In this document: positions 10,367 through 20,190 of the stretch, piece after piece
Layout of the letters: every line of letters starts with the position of its first letter
Numbering within the stretch: position 1 is the stretch's first letter
Source: Ginkgo biloba
Taxonomy: Eukaryota > Plantae > Ginkgophyta
Direction of reading: 5' to 3'
NCBI GenBank assembly: GCA_024626585.2
Contig: JANKJI020000002.1
Span: 197,669,101-197,689,290 of the forward strand
DNA: 20,190 nucleotides
Program-made: the position numbers and the translations under genes
The notes under the pieces: generated by a model
Told to the model about the DNA's origin: nothing
The model's input: only the letters and a program-made list of their open reading frames with translations
The model's database searches: none

Positions 10367-10708
10367 CTTGGAGTCTTCCTTTACTATGACTCTCTATGAG
10401 TTCTCCTTACAACCTTCCTACTATCTTCAATATTCTCACAAGCTTTCTCTGGCTCTTCTCTTCCATAACTTCAGCCACTCCTTAGCTCTGCAACACCCTT
10501 CCACGGTGCAACTTTCCAGCAATTCTTCAATGAGCCAACCTAGGCTTTCTCTTCCACAATAGCAACCACTTTTTTTTTTTTTTTTACTAGAGGATGCAAC
10601 CAACCGGTNNNNNNNNNNNNNNNNNNNNNNNNNNNNNNNNNNNNNNNNNNNNNNNNNNNNNNNNNNNNNNNNNNNNNNNNNNNNNNNNNNNNNNNNNNNN
10701 NNNNNNNN

Positions 10709-12560
10709 TCTAGAATCTCTTTGTATAAATGAACAAGATCTTTACCTATTAAATCCATGTTCTCTTTATAAAATTCAACTAGGAATCTATTTTAACCTAG
10801 GGATTTATCATTTTTCATGCTATAAATTATTTCATATGTTTCCTTTAAAGTTATTCCCCTTCCTATTTTCTTAATCCAACTTTTTGAAACCTTGTGGGGA
10901 ATAACTCTTGAACAAAATTCTACAACTTATTTTCTTATATCTTTCTCTTCTAAAGTAGTTATTTTCTTATATAAAGTATCAAAAACTTATTAAATTCATT
11001 TCTAGACTCTTAATATTCCATCTCCTTCTTTAATTATTTCTATAACTTCCCCTTTTTGTTTGGCTTTCAAATATTGAAAGAAAAATTTAGAACATCTATC
11101 TCTTTCTTGCATCCAATTTAGTCTACTCCTTTCTTCACATCCTTCTTATAATATTATTTGTTCCTTTTGAAGAATTTTCTTTAATTTTTCCACCAAGATT
11201 TGATTTTTATCACAAAATGGGTTCTCTTCTAGATTCTTTATTGCCTAAACTAATTCTTATTGTACTTTTTCCTACCTTATTTTCCTCAATGATTCCATCT
11301 ATCTTCCAAAACTCCTTAAAAAGGAGATGACCCTATTAATTATTTCTTACCACCATTAGATCTAATCTCCTCAGTTTCCAAGTTTGGGAAAAAGGTTCCA
11401 TATAGTGGTTATTCCTTCCTTACAAGATTTTGACTCTAGTAAGAAGACATTGAGTTCAAAAAGACAAGTTTTTCCCTTAAGATCAAAAGACTATTTCTGA
11501 AGAAATTTACATGAAATAGGGAAATGGTTGGAGATGGATGTAGGGATAATATTATTAGGAATTATATACTTACTCCTTCATTTGTTAATGAATAGTATCT
11601 ATCCAACCTCTCAAACACCCTTTTTTTCCCACTTTGCATATTACTCCAATTATACCATAATGAATTTTCATCTCAAATTATTTTTGACATTGGATCTTTA
11701 ATTCTGAATTTTAAATCATAGTTAAGCTAAGAAACATTTTCTTTAAAATTAAAATAAAATGGATAATGAACCTTCTTATCATCCTAATTCTGAATCATAT
11801 TAAAATCCCCTATTAGAATCCATGGAATTTCTTCCAAGATTTAATTATATTATCTTTCCAATATTCTTGTTTTTCATTTAATATTTTTACCCAAACTATC
11901 TTTTCATTCTTGTGAAGTTTAAAATATTCTTTAGATTATGACCAAATTTTCCATTGTATTTTTTTAGATTTCAACAATACCATTGGGTATTTAACTCCCC
12001 TTTTGTACCATTTAAGCGCAAGGAACCATTAAACTTTGGACCAATAATTAAAATATGATTCAAAACATGGTTGTTGCCAAATATTTCTATTATTGACCAA
12101 GGATCTCACTTTCTATGAATCTTCTTCCAAATTAATAAAAATTGCAAGCTCTTACTAGNNNNNNNNNNNNNNNNNNNNNNNNNNNNNNNNNNNNNNNNNN
12201 NNNNNNNNNNNNNNNNNNNNNNNNNGTGCATAAATTGAGGCAATACCCAAAAAAAAAATTAGTATTTCATTACCAATATCCATGAAACTCTATTACATGG
12301 GCTAATTCCCTTTTTTAAAGTTTTAACTTCCTAAGAAGGACTTATTAAAATCACAAAGCCATCTTTTCCTTTTATATGCAAAGTAAAGGTCTCATTTCCA
12401 TCTTTCCATGCATAATCTATGAATCTTTCTAAAGTACTTTACACAAATTTAACCTCATGAAGACAAATAATGTTGATACTATATATATTTCTTAATATCT
12501 TAGCTACAACTCTTCTTTTTATTCCTTCAAATAATTTTTATTTTTTAGTTGAATGAAGAA
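10709..12560 (-). pseudogene. LINE ORF2 remnant: APE endonuclease plus pre-RT region
   Basis: Motifs in order: KRRVVAKIL..INIICLHEVK (~12520-12449; DIICLQExK), GKDGFVILISP, GIASIYA (~12245-12226), PWILIGDFNMI (~11825-11793), WYNWSN..RVFERLDRYY (~11658-11592), ISNHFPI (~11535-11515; SDHxPI), RSRLNWMQERDRCSKFFF (~11130-11077), MKNDKSLG*NRFLVEFYKENMDLIGKDL (~10818-10735; KSPGPDGFxxEFY..W). Confidence 0.9.
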
Positions 12561-12869
12561 TACCAAGATCAAAGAGCCCATGAATACCTTTTTCTATTGA
12601 CATAAGATCTTTTTTAACTTCTACAATCTCTTCATAAAGTTATTTTCCCTTATCAATATCTATGGTCAATATTANNNNNNNNNNNNNNNNNNNNNAACCC
12701 TAGTTAGATGGCACATTAGGATCTTTAGATAATCCTACTTTTTCTTTCTCTTTTTCATTTAACACGATCTTCTCTTATTTTTAATATTATTTATTATCGT
12801 TCCTGATTTCCTTCTTTTCATTCTCCACCTTCACTCATTCTCTAATTTCATTAAATTCTTCTTTAAAAA

Positions 12870-13320
12870 TTTTGGGGCAATCTTTTTTCCTATGGCTTAT
12901 TTCTCTATAATAGAATCAAGCATTAGGAAAGCNNNNNNNNNNNNNNNNNNNNNNNNNNNNNNNNNNNNNNNNNNNNNNNNNNNNNNNNNNNNNNNNNNNN
13001 NNNNNNNNNNNNNNNNNNNNNNNNNNNNNNNNNNNNNNNNNNNNNNNNNNNNAGTTCTTAGGGTGAATTAAAATTCTTTCTTTATGCAATGTACTTTCCT
13101 ATTCTCAACACAATATCAAAGAGAAATTTCAATAAAGTAGTAAGAATAACTTCCATTTCAAACCAAACTAGACATATATATAACTTTTTTTAATTTCTTG
13201 AACTAAGAATTTAGGGGTCTACAGTTCCATGACAAAGAGGTTTCTCCCACATTTTCATGTAACCTTATTTAAAATCGTATCTTTACTTAATTCATTCTCA
13301 AAACTAAAATAAATGGGTTA
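12870..13320 (-). pseudogene. LINE ORF1 remnant (DUF4283-like domain plus CCHC zinc knuckle)
   Basis: FSFENELSKDTILNKVT*KCGRNLFVMEL*TPKF...LVWFEM...LRIGK (consensus FxFxxxxxxxxVLxxGPW..LxLxxWxPxF..PVWV..IG). Also FPNA*FYYREISHRKKDCPKI at ~12930-12870 (consensus LPxxCFxCxxxGHxxxxCP). Confidence 0.75.
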
Positions 13321-14329
13321 GTTAAGAATAGAAATAAAATAATNNNNNNNNNNNNNNNNNNNNNNNNNNNNNNNNNNNNNNNNNNNNNNNNNNNTTAAGG
13401 CCTTACTTCAATCTTGAGTATGTATATTTATCATTATACATTAAACATTTATGACAAGGTTCCTTAAGGATCAAGATAGATATAATACAATATAACTTTC
13501 TAACTTAAGAGACCTCAATGGATATCTTCATGGTTATTAATCCAAAATACACTTTTAGTGATATGGGAGAGCCTAATCAATGTCCTCATGATTGATCAAT
13601 CGTATAATTTTGTGATCTAAATACATTAGTTGATATTTTCATCCCTCAATTCAAATAATGAATAAAATCCATATATAGATAAGTTCCATATATAAAATGA
13701 ACCTGAAGGTATTTTAAGTGAGGTCCCAATAATATTACATTAACTAAGAGACTTAATAATATTGGTAGTAATTTATCAAGGGTGTTTTAAATTTATTCTA
13801 TGACATCAACAACATACCTCAGTTGAGGCATTTTATAGTCATAAATAAAGAGTGACATGGTTATTATGATATTAAAGTAAGATTTAAATCAATATCCTAT
13901 AAATTCAATAAACTGACCAAATGATATTGATTTATACCAATGTTAACTAATCACTATGATTTATAAATTATAATATTATAGGATGATTAATATTATAAGA
14001 TACCTTAATCAAGGTCTAAGGTCATTAAGCTTTAATAATATCATTTGGTATCTATTTATGGAAGCATATAGTATCTTTCTAAGCCTAGTTCAAAGACCTT
14101 GAGCAAGGTCAATCACAAAATAGTGTCCACTTTATATTTTAGGTGGTATTATGCTCACCTAATCATGAGTATTTTTTTTATTGATAACATGTTAAGAATT
14201 TAATATACCATTATTTTATGTAAATTATTAATTTTTAGGGAGAAAATTAAAATATACTTAAGACTTACGAAAAATAGATCCATCCTTATCTTAAGTCAAA
14301 TGTAGTTACTTTACATAAATAGTAAAATT

Positions 14330-14865
14330 ATTGTCTTCCAACTCATATATATAGGTATGCAAAAGTACGTATTAGAGGTTGCAAGTGCAAGGAGATATTA
14401 TTAGATAAATAAGTAAGACTACAAAAAAGGTTAGAGTATAATATGAAGGGATATAGGAGCACAAAAATCTTATAAATAATAATCTACTCTAAAAACTAAT
14501 TTGTTATCATACATGAAAAGTCTTAAAGGATATATCATTACTAGTAAATTTATGTTAGATTAAAATTAGTCATCTCTTATGGGTCTATTTATAGAGGGTA
14601 TGAGAAATTATAAATACATAAATAAGAAAATGTTGAGAGTAAAACTAGATCCATTCCTTCAAAGTATTGACATGTTATAAAACTAGATTCATATTTAAGA
14701 GAGTAATAAAATAGTAAAATAAATAAATTATTAGTCATCAACATATTTAGATCACTCCCATGTCAAGTCCTATAGAATAATGGGTTATTTAATCATACTA
14801 TAACTAGCATGCACAATAAAATAAATATTAGAAACTATTGGTTTATATAACTTGGTTATAATACA
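14330..14865 (-). repeat. Possible decayed LTR fragment
   Basis: Minus-strand CCCTCTATAAATAGACCC (14598-14581), a TATA context typical of plant LTR promoters, and a possible TG start at 14865. Non-coding, no partner copy, boundaries speculative. Confidence 0.25.
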
Positions 14866-15144
14866 TCTTTATAGTTAGAACTTTTCCTAAATAAAAATAA
14901 TTAATTAAAAAATATTATTTTTTTCTTAAAGGTAATCAATTCACTTTATAACATCTCATACAAAATAGTCTAGAAAATATTTCTCAACCAATTTTTTTCC
15001 TTTTTTAAACTAATTATTATTTTTAAAAGACTAAGAAAATGGGANNNNNNNNNNNNNNNNNNNNNNNNNNNNNNNNNNNNNNNNNNNNNNNNNNNNNNNN
15101 NNNNNNNNNNNNNNNNNNNNNNNNNNNNNNNNNNNNNNNNNNNN

Positions 15145-15760
15145 ACAAGATCATTCCATATGTATGAATATTAGGTATTATCTAGTCTGTGGGGATAAAG
15201 TACTAAGGAAATAAGGCCACAAAAGGTTTCAAGAGTGAATTACATGGTACAATGACACATATCCTGATCTTAACCATTCACTAACATAGAGATAAAGGTG
15301 AGAAAATATAAGTCCAAAGGGGAGGTAGATCCAAGCTTCATGAGATCATACCACTTGGAAAGATCTCGTGGCCCCTCTCCTAGCCACACTGGGAAATAAG
15401 GAGGCACTTTGAAGCGCAACTTAAGCTCTGAATCTCCTAGATGCTGCCACATGTCTTAATTTTAAGACTCACAATCTCGCGGGCCATAAAGAAAAAAAGG
15501 AAAAATATAAAAGGGCTACAAGGTTATGTGATCTAGGATCATGACATATGTCTCCATCTCTCATCTCTGCATGACCCATAGGAAATATAAGAAAAAAAAC
15601 CTAGCCACCAAATCCCTCGAGCCCAAGTGCCTTAATATGATGCCACTTGTCTCAGTCTTGGGTCTTCATATGGTTATTGGGATATAATGGAAAAAAGGGC
15701 AGATTCAATCTCTCAAGAAACCCCATGAACTTGATTACTTGAGATATAACCATGTATAGG
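15145..15760. repeat. Degenerate tandem array, ~97-bp monomer with A/B dimer (~195 bp) structure
   Basis: Core T(G/A/T)(C/A)CAC(A/T)TGTC-like motif at 15154, 15253, 15349, 15445, 15542 and 15641 (spacings 99, 96, 96, 97, 99), with a weak 7th copy near 15747. Confidence 0.65.
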
Positions 15761-17043
15761 GTTAATATTCAAACTTAGCTGAAGTCATCTTACCCATAAA
15801 AACATAGATTTAATGCCATTAGAATAGTGGAATATATTCAACTACTTATTCGTTTGAGCCATTATTACATGTTGGCATTCATTGGTAGGTATTAAGTAGA
15901 TGTGAACACATGAATTCATACATTGAACATAAATGTAATATAGATGTGATCCTCTAGTTAATTAATTAATATCATGCATAAATAAATGGACATAAGATTT
16001 GGATTTAATAGCATTCTTCACATCAATTAATTTAATCATCTAATACAAAATAGATGGAGGATGATTTGGCATCATAATACTTTAAACTTCAATTATATTC
16101 TTTATAACAAACTATCATTATGCCTCACAATTTAATTTTAATATTAATTTAATAAATAATACTACTTTAGATCAAGTTGCTACATTTGTACTAAGTTTCT
16201 TAACTACTTATATGAAAGAAATTAAATTTTTTTATAAAAGTTCAAGCCAAGTAGTGAGCCACTAGTTTACACATTTTCATTATCTTTGATGGTTTTTCAT
16301 ATGCTAGATCTAGTCAAAACTTCTTAAAAATATTATAGATATCCCTAACAACAAAGTGCTTGTCTTGTTGAATTATTCACTCTTTATCTATCTTACATAT
16401 TACATTTTTCTTTTTCCTATCTTGTAGTTTTACTACTCAACATGCACAACCTTATCCTGTTTTACTGTCCATACACTGTTTTACACTTTTTTCAAGTTTG
16501 TGGGGTTGCATCTCATCAAAATTAGTAGAGGGCTTCATTATTATATACTTCAATGTAGTGTCACTTGATGTAAATTTTAAACTATATCTTCAAAAATATG
16601 GAAAGTTTCATAATTTCTTTTCTTATCTTTATGAAGGTGGTTGTAGCCTCTCTCTCCATTGTATTCTTTGCACTTCCCTCCAATAATAGATATATGTGGA
16701 TATAATTTCAACATAATAATATTCAATGAGAAAATTATCTTTAATATCATATATCTATGTTTATTATTGAAATAAATAATAGAAAAATTATATATTTGAA
16801 GTATTATGACAATAAATATTCATTATAACTAAGAATGGGGGAGCATAGTAAAAAGCCTATATTTCCAAATAGTAAAGAATTTTGACTTAAAATTGATTAA
16901 TGATCTTTGCTCATATGGAGTTAAGTATAATATGAACATTAATNNNNNNNNNNNNNNNNNNNNNNNNNNNNNNNNNNNNNNNNNNNNNNNNNNNNNNNNN
17001 NNNNNNNNNNNNNNNNNNNNNNNNNNNNNNNNNNNNNNNNNNN

Positions 17044-17597
17044 CATATAAAAGAGCCTAAGGTGTATGCTCATGAGACTTATTCTCACTTTGTATTATTA
17101 AATTATATTCATACTTTAGAATAGAGAGAGTTATTTATTTTCCAAAGTCTTGTGAATGCCATTGCTTTGATTTATCTTGACTCTTTGATTAATTTTGATA
17201 GATCTTAGTAATTAAATAATTTGGATGCATAGAATATCACATAGTATATTTTTTAGGGAAATTTAATTAGTTTTTAGGATAAGTATGGATAGTTTTGGGG
17301 CTTCATGCAAAAGGGGCACACTTTTAGGATCAAAATGCATGTTCACATTTGATTTGCATAGTTCATCATTCTTGTGCATTGCATAGATATAGTGCACTAT
17401 AAGTGCACACAGTTCCAAAGCATTACCTAAACAATACACAATTCCATGCTAAAATACTAATACACATACATTTACATGTTATTCAAATAATTCTAGAAAC
17501 ATAGAGTTGTATCGTATAGTTTAATAGTAAGTTGAATTATAGTGTATTAGAGAGTACAAAAAGTGTTAAGAGAAAATCCCCCCCTTGGATTCTATCA
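17044..17597 (+). repeat. Possible decayed LTR (3' part or solo)
   Basis: TATAAAAG near 17047 and terminal AAAATCCCCCCCTTGGATTCTATCA (ending 17597), resembling the C-run...TCA 3' ends of plant LTRs. A PPT-like AAGAATGGGGGAG lies at 16831-16843 across a gap. No PBS follows. Confidence 0.3.
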
Positions 17598-18049
17598 CGT
17601 TCTTTTGCATACTTTGATAAATCCTTAAACTACTAAGTAGGTATATCATCAACTATAATGAATCATAGTTAAGTTATGAAGATGAAATATTATTGACTTT
17701 GTTAATGCAAAATGTTATGAAAATATTGGTTTGATTGTTAATGTGGAATACTATCCTCATGTAGCAAGAGAGTATAAAATAATTCTCATTTTTACTCTCA
17801 TAATATTTATTATTTCTTAGGGATAATATACAATAATGAATCAACACATAAAGCAAAAAATAAAGAGATGTCACAATGCACTAGTACAATTATTATCTTC
17901 TATTCAACAATAACAAATTAGGGTTTCCTCTTCATCTAGGCCTCAATTAATGTNNNNNNNNNNNNNNNNNNNNNNNNNNNNNNNNNNNNNNNNNNNNNNN
18001 NNNNNNNNNNNNNNNNNNNNNNNNNNNNNNNNNNNNNNNNNNNNNNNNN

Positions 18050-18440
18050 ATTATTTAAAGGATCTCAAGTTATACTTTGATTGTCAAGGATATAATGACA
18101 CTCAAAATATCAAGTTTGATGATCTGAAGATGATATGATATGCACTTATTTCGTGGAAGGTACATTGCATGGTGCATGAAAAAGTCCAAAATCAACCTAT
18201 TACTAATCGACAAGATTCAAATTTTTTGTTTAGAAAATGATTTAGGATATATAGATGAAAAATAAGCAATATCTTCATCAACAAAATGGTCAATTTGTGT
18301 AGTAATATTCTAGTACCTTCAATAATTTAAGCATTTGACTTATTATTTTAAATTATCAAAAGTATTAACTTTAAAATTTATTGGTGGTATTTATCATAAT
18401 TATTAACAAGAGCTCAAATTACTTCCCACTGAATCTATAG
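18050..18440 (+). pseudogene. Ty3/gypsy (chromovirus-type) gag remnant
   Basis: YLKDLKLYFDCQGYNDTQNIKFDDLKMI*YALISWK...PITNRQDSNFLFRK*F / LGYIDE / YLHQQNGQFV**YSSTFNN / LKFIGGIYHNY*QELKL. This matches LExYF...KIxFAxLKMxGxALxWW...PITxWxxFKxLLRKxFYPxGY...LxQxxGQxVQEYxxxF...KYxGGL. Confidence 0.8.
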
Positions 18441-19879
18441 GTTCATCTTTGAACTAGCCCTGGGAGTGAAAGTTTAATTCATAAAAATCTTCCTTTTGAA
18501 CCTTCTACTATAGGTTCTTCCCTAAGGTGTAAAAAGGGAGTTAATGAGGGTTTTGAATTGTCACCTTCTACTTGTTCTCTAAACTAAAGAGGATACTCTT
18601 CTACTACATATTCAGCCAAGAAATACTTTGATAATCATTGAAGATTTGGGCATGACAAGTTGATAACTTAAATACGTTAACTTTCCAAGAAATATTAGTT
18701 GGTAATAAGAAGGATGATTAAGTTAACCTTTAGGGACACTATTTATACTAAATTAGTGCTGGTGGTACACTCTTTGGATAAGAAGGATGGATAGGGATTA
18801 TGCATCCAATGAGCATAGGTAAAAGATCAACCAATTTACTTCATCTTTGTTAATGATTCTATAAAAAACTTGATCTCTAATAGTTTGATTACAAATCTAA
18901 CCACATCTTATCCCTTGTTATATTGGATGGAAGAGAAAGGATCATCGTAATCAAGTCACAAATAAATATTATTTTAATTTTATTATTAATTTGTTCATTA
19001 ATATGATTATTTACAATGTGATTGATATTAATTGTATTGGAGTGTTGTTGAGTAAACCCTGTCAATTTGACAAGGATGCAAGATATGAATGTCAAAATAA
19101 TATTTATCAACTATGAGGATGGAATTTTTTATAGATTGTATTTCTTAAATATTATTTCTCTTAACAACAAAGTGTTAATTTAACAAAGTATACCTAGGGA
19201 AATTTGTTGGTTCATAGGGAATCTAAAATTTGACCACTGTTAACTAAATCTAATGAAGCCTTTCTTCCACCCAATTATGTAGTCATATCTTACTGAGTGA
19301 GCATTAATTGAAAAAATAGCTAGTGCGGCAATATTAGTTGGTTGAACATTTACACAAGAATGAATATAATTTGTGGTAGAGAAGAGGCAGAGGATCTTTG
19401 ACCTAGGATTGGCAATGGGTTTGTTCATGAGTTGGGTGAGACCATTGGCTTACAACCAAAAAACATGTCCATTGAGAGGTCATGGACTATTAGAGGTTGT
19501 TGCTATAGGTGGTGATGGTTCGATTGTTGTTTGTTTGGGTACAATATTTTTAACTACTTGTTGGTAAGATCCAATTGGGACAGTGTCTAGTCAATTTGCA
19601 TTTGCCCCATGGAGGGCCTTCACATTCTGACGATCATACGTAAATATTACCAAAGAGAGGGGCTAATGAATCAAAGGCTCATAAGTGAATTATGGTAATG
19701 GCATAGGGCTAAGAGGATAGTAAAGTTTTGTGTAACAATTTCGCATAGTTTTAGTCATTCAAGAATTGTAGAAAAGTGTGGGTTATGTATTGTGGTAGTG
19801 AATCAAGTTTTTCTAGAAGTTAGTGTCATGCATAATTATCAAGCCCAAAATGTTGTTGAACTTCATGAAGATATTATTC

Positions 19880-20180
19880 GAAGAAAGTTGTAATGGAACA
19901 ATTTTGGAGAAATGAATTAATATACCAATTATCATAAAGTATAAACATGATTTATCATAGTAAATTGACTATTACATTCTGTATACTAAGCACACCTAAC
20001 ATCAATTGATGATATAGAAAATCTTGAACTAGGTAGATAACATAAACCAAAAGTATGAATTGAGTGGATAGCATGACCTAGAAGCCTACATAAGTGTGAA
20101 TTATATGGCTAGTATGAACCAAAATCCTAAAACAATATGAACTCATGCGAGCCTATTTATCAATGAATCTAGAATAAGAA
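19880..20180 (+). pseudogene. Probable Ty1/copia integrase C-terminal remnant
   Basis: ESCNGTILEK (consensus ERxNRTIxE), then HKPKV (GxKPxV), then from 20081 EAYISVNYMASMNQNPKTI*THASLFINESR. Anchor spacing matches copia xAYVHVPxxxRxKLDPKSxxCIFxGYxxxSKGYR, but identity is low. Confidence 0.4.
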
Positions 20181-20190
20181 AATAATTAAG

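Larger units (their letters stand above)
7689..10608 (-). mobile_element. Pol-less (non-autonomous) chromovirus/CRM-like Ty3/gypsy element
   Basis: Minus-strand order: purine-rich leader with an A16 tract (10570-10585), gag ATG at 10366, CRM-type gag motifs, acidic region, chromodomain-like remnant, PPT (8452-8443), LTR start TAATGCAGG at 8442. Bounded by 100-N gaps on both sides. Confidence 0.75.
10709..13343 (-). mobile_element. Decayed L1-clade LINE (non-LTR retrotransposon), 5' half
   Basis: Co-linear ORF1 (DUF4283-like plus CCHC) and ORF2 (APE endonuclease, linker, start of RT) motifs on the minus strand. It is cut at the 100-N gap 10609-10708. Confidence 0.9.

Noticed and set aside
10570-10585. 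T16 tract as the poly(A) tail of the adjacent minus-strand LINE
   Set aside because: The LINE is only at the RT start on the other side of the gap. The tract sits in the gypsy 5' leader, where A-runs are common. It cannot be fully excluded because the gap size is unknown.
13395-14320. AT-rich stretch upstream of the LINE, probably TE-derived
   Set aside because: No motif recoverable in the frames I examined, so it is left unassigned.
16400-16430. Polypyrimidine tract plus TGTAG resembling a 3' splice acceptor
   Set aside because: No credible exon or donor follows, and such motifs arise readily in AT-rich DNA.

Overview
AT-rich, CpG-depleted eukaryotic (most likely land-plant, possibly gymnosperm) repeat-rich DNA with 15 N-gaps, six of them exactly 100 N (placeholder size). 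I find no supportable host gene, RNA gene or CRISPR array. Manual translation through stops and frameshifts shows a mosaic of decayed retroelements. (1) A minus-strand Tat/Athila-like Ty3/gypsy relic (gag ~1880-2465, integrase ~1-420). (2) An LTR-like segment 5905-7588 with a ~140-bp degenerate tandem array. (3) A less-decayed minus-strand CRM/chromovirus-like element 7689-10608. In gap-free sequence its gag is cut after the 'F-x-P-x-D-Y' motif and joined to an acidic EPVxGxDE-repeat region, then a chromodomain-like remnant, PPT and LTR start, with no protease/RT/RNase H/integrase core. This is the most unusual structure in the window. (4) A minus-strand L1-type LINE 10709-13343 (DUF4283-like ORF1 with CCHC knuckle, APE endonuclease, start of RT). 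(5) A ~97-bp A/B-dimer tandem array at 15145-15760. (6) A plus-strand gypsy gag relic at 18050-18440 and a probable copia integrase C-terminal relic at the right end. All family assignments are from recalled motif consensus, not database searches.
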